From Macrostomum hystrix (taxonomy: Eukaryota > Animalia > Platyhelminthes), in the NCBI GenBank assembly GCA_950097015.1, contig CATNEN010000030.1, positions 992,001-1,056,000 of the forward strand: a stretch of DNA of 64,000 nucleotides. Reading direction: 5' to 3'. Of this stretch, positions 61,401-64,000 are shown one piece after another (position 1 is the stretch's first letter; each line of letters opens with the position of its first letter). The notes below the pieces were generated by a model that did no database searches, was not told the origin of the DNA, and worked only from the letters and a program-made list of their open reading frames with translations. The position numbers and the translations under genes were made by a program.

Positions 61401-63095
61401 TGGCCAAATTAAATAGTACACTAATTGACCTTTTAAATAGGGCACTAATTGACTTCTTAAATAAGTCACTAATTGACTTTTAAAATGAGGCACTAATTGG
61501 CCTCCTAAATAGGGCTCTAGTTGGCCTACTAAATTACCCACAAATTTGGCCTTTTAAATTTGTCTATAATTTACCCTTTAGATAAGCCCCTACCTGGCCT
61601 CTTAAATGGCTGTGTGACTTGCCATAAATTATTTTTGTAAGTGTTCTTCAATAAACTCTGGGCATCTCAAACTCTGCTCACTAGACGCTAGATAATGGGC
61701 CTTATAAAAACATCAAAATTCTAAAAAAACTAAGACAATTAAGTGCAAATATGTACCTTGCGAATATGATCAATGGTGGTGGTGATCAGTGCCGGATCTC
61801 CGGGGCCGTTAGTGATGAACAGGCCGTCATAATGGTCCTCGGTGAAGTCGTAATTCCAGGGCACCAGGTGAACTTCGGCGCCTCTAGCGCACAGCATTTT
61901 GATCATATTGTGCTTGACACCGCAGTCGACAGCCACAATCTTGTGCGGGTTGCCCTTACCGAAGATGCGAACCTCGGGTGTTGAAACCTTCGAAGTAACG
62001 ATAGGTTAATAAAGCACTATCAGACTACTCATAGTAGGTGAACACGTGGTTGATGCTTTTGCTTATTTGATTATGCGCAAAAAGTAAAATCAATATCTAA
62101 TTTGATTTTTCGATTAATAATCCAACCCATGACTATACAAATCTTATAATCTCTAATCCCAAATCCCGAATTCATTAATTAAAAATCCAGTCATACCTGC
62201 AAATATTTAATCCTTGAATAGCTTATTCCCAAATTTTGTGCATAGAAATCCTCGAACTTAAAAGCCTGTAACCACACTTTCCTAAATCCGAAATGCAAAA
62301 TCAAATATCTGAAAGTTGATCTGGGATCCTTAAATCCTGAAATCATGCATCCTTACATACATAAATTCGATGAGATCCCACATCGTGAAATCCCACATCG
62401 TGAAATCCCACATCCCGAAATCCCACATCCTGAAATCCCACATCCTGAAATCCCACATCCTGAAATCCCACATCCTGAAATCCCACATCCTGAAATCCCA
62501 CATCCTGAAATCCCACATCCTGAAATCCCACATCCTGAAATCCCACATTATGAAATATCACATCCTGAAACCCCACATCCCGAAATCCTACATCTTGAAA
62601 TAAAAAAACGTTAAACTTTAAGTCTCATATCGTAAAATTCCACAGCTTGAAGTCGCACATCCTGAAATCCAAAATTCTGAAATCCCACATCCTGAAATCC
62701 AAAATTATGAAATCCCACATCCTGAAATCCAAAATTATGAAATCCCACATATCAAAATCGCACACCTTAAAGTCCCAAATGAAGAACTAAATCTTAAAAC
62801 CCAGGATACTCGTAATTATGCGAACAGACAAATATCCCATTTGAAAGCCCTAAATTTGAAATCTTCAACACTCAATCGGGCTCACCTCAGCTGTGAGATT
62901 CCTCAGGTTGGGATTGTGAAACTCAGTCAGCGGCTGATCAGCGAACTCAATCTTGCCCAGCAGGGTGCCCCGATCGCGAATCTTTTTAGTGAGCAGCCTG
63001 GTGTCGATACCGGACAGGGCCGGCACGCCCTCCCGTTTCAGCCAATGAGAGAGCGAATGAGCCGACTTCCAGTGGCTGTGATCCACGGAGTAGTC
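52467..63095 (-). CDS. CPS1: Monofunctional carbamoyl-phosphate synthetase, CPS1/CPS III type, 5'-partial, 12 exons in window
   Basis: Exons (minus strand): 63095-62886, 61987-61757, 61161-60526, 59886-59512, 58667-58201, 57888-57285, 56687-56247, 55871-55569, 55238-54975, 54355-54164, 53469-53176, 52580-52467 (TAA). GATase motifs ([25 protein letters not shown]) fused to the synthetase ([53 protein letters not shown]) and an MGS domain. Ends with ...[20 protein letters not shown], like vertebrate CPS1; no DHOase or ATCase follows, so it is not CAD. Confidence 0.95.
53525..54095. repeat. 32-bp minisatellite
   Basis: CCTTCACCCTGCCTTCCCTACACACACCTTTC. Confidence 0.95.
54540..54890. repeat. 60-bp minisatellite, 6 units, tRNA T-arm-like
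   Basis: GCTGAGATTCGAACTCCCGACCACACCTCGGTCAGAAGTTGCTCGAACCAAAACCCTT-type units in register at 54541, 54601, 54661, 54721, 54781 and 54841. Confidence 0.93.
56873..57256 (+). mobile_element. SINE family B copy containing a family A fragment (57014-57125)
   Basis: B head (TAGCCTAGTGG..GGTTCGATTCC), degenerate CORE, then a fragment of the A head, then the B 3' part; fills most of CPS intron 56688-57284. Confidence 0.75.
58735..59071 (-). mobile_element. tRNA-derived SINE, family A, near full-length copy
   Basis: Full tRNA-like head and body matching copies 1 and 2; followed on the same strand by a family B 3' fragment (58695-58735, CCCAGTCCATGGACTGAACAG). Confidence 0.8.
59200..59476 (+). mobile_element. 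tRNA-derived SINE, family A, 5'-truncated copy in opposite orientation
   Basis: CTCGATTCCGCGACGAGACCACATTCATTTTGGGGCGCAGC...CTAGTGTCAGCAAATGATGTGC matches the reverse complement of 58735-59071. Confidence 0.78.
60125..60510. repeat. Degenerate purine-rich minisatellite of about 19 bp
   Basis: GAGGGATGAGACAGGGG variants. Confidence 0.75.
61230..61605. repeat. Highly degenerate repeat of about 22 bp
   Basis: Recurring CACTAATTG(A/G)CCT..TAAATA. Confidence 0.6.
62380..62775. repeat. 15-bp minisatellite
   Basis: GAAATCCCACATCCT. Confidence 0.92.
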
Positions 63096-63169
63096 CTGCG
63101 AAATTGTGAGTGGGTCATTATTACTTACCGTTGCTCAAACTGCTTACATAGTTCTGTGGAGGGTCAAAT

Positions 63170-64000
63170 GACCTCTAAAGTCAGTCATTCCGGGGGTCGA
63201 TTGACTGGATGTTTAAGTCATATCGGGGATCAAATGACCTCTTAACTTATTCCGGGGGGTCAAATGACCTCTTGACTTATTCGGGGGGTCAAATGACCTC
63301 TTGACTTATTCAGGGGGGTCAAATGACCTCTTGACTTATTCAGGGGGGTCAAATTACCTCTTGACTAATTCGGGGGTCAAATGACCTCTTGACTTATTCA
63401 GGGGGTCAAATGACCTCTTGACTTATTCAGGGGGGTCAAATGACCTCTTGACTTATTCGGGGGGTCAAATGACCTCTTGACTTATTCAGGGGGTCAAATG
63501 ACCTCTTGACTTATTCGGGGGGTCAAATGACCTCTTGACTTATTCAGGGGGGTCAAATGACCTCTTGACTTATTCAGGGGGGTCAAATGACCTCTTGACT
63601 TATTCAGGGGGGTCAAATGACCTCTTGACTTATTCAGGGGGGTCAAATGACCTCTTGACTTATTCAGGGGGGTCAAATGACCTCTTGACTTATTCAGGGG
63701 GTCAAATGACCTCTTGACTTATTCGGGGGTCAAATGACCTCTTAACTTATTCAGGGGGGTCAAATGACCTCGACTTATTCAGGGGGGTCAAATGACCTCG
63801 ACTTATTCGGGGGGTCAAATGACCTCTTGACTTATTCAGGGGGGTCAAATGACCTCTTGACTTATTCAGGGGGGTCAAATGACCTCTTGACTTATTCGGG
63901 GGGTCAAATGACCTCTTGACTTATTCAGGGGGGTCAAATGACCTCTTGACTTATTCGGGGGGTCAAATGACCTCTTGACTTATTCAGGGGGTCAAATGAC
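63170..64000. repeat. 29/30-bp minisatellite running off the window end
   Basis: GGGGGTCAAATGACCTCTTGACTTATTCAG. Confidence 0.96.

Overview
Eukaryotic (animal) genomic DNA with GC-rich exons, GT-AG introns and a very high density of unrelated minisatellites; this architecture suggests a free-living flatworm such as Macrostomum (inference only). I reconstructed four spliced genes by hand, checking splice phases. (1) The 3' part of an LRRK/ROCO kinase (+, 123-13388; ROC end, COR, kinase, WD40-like tail). (2) A complete orexin/allatotropin-receptor-like GPCR (-, 19408-30919). (3) A complete NWD1/NWD2-like NACHT-WD40 gene (-, 34055-49913) with degenerate Walker A and B motifs. (4) The 3' part of a monofunctional CPS1/CPS III-type carbamoyl-phosphate synthetase (-, 52467 to beyond 63095). 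About 40 tandem arrays, each with its own unit, fill most long introns and intergenic gaps. Two tRNA-derived SINE families are present, one with a CORE-like domain. The most notable observations are: 60 RNA polymerase II CTD-like heptads (YDPTSHS) in frame with an LRRK exon behind a weak donor; arrays made of splice-site motifs; arrays of RFX X-box, E-box, nuclear-receptor IR2 and Pol III B-box motifs; a bias of array periods toward 20-22 and 30-33 bp; and a large inverted (AATAG)n/(CTATT)n pair. Most long ORFs in the supplied track are by-products of the repeats. Array and SINE boundaries and copy numbers are hand estimates; exon boundaries were checked base by base.
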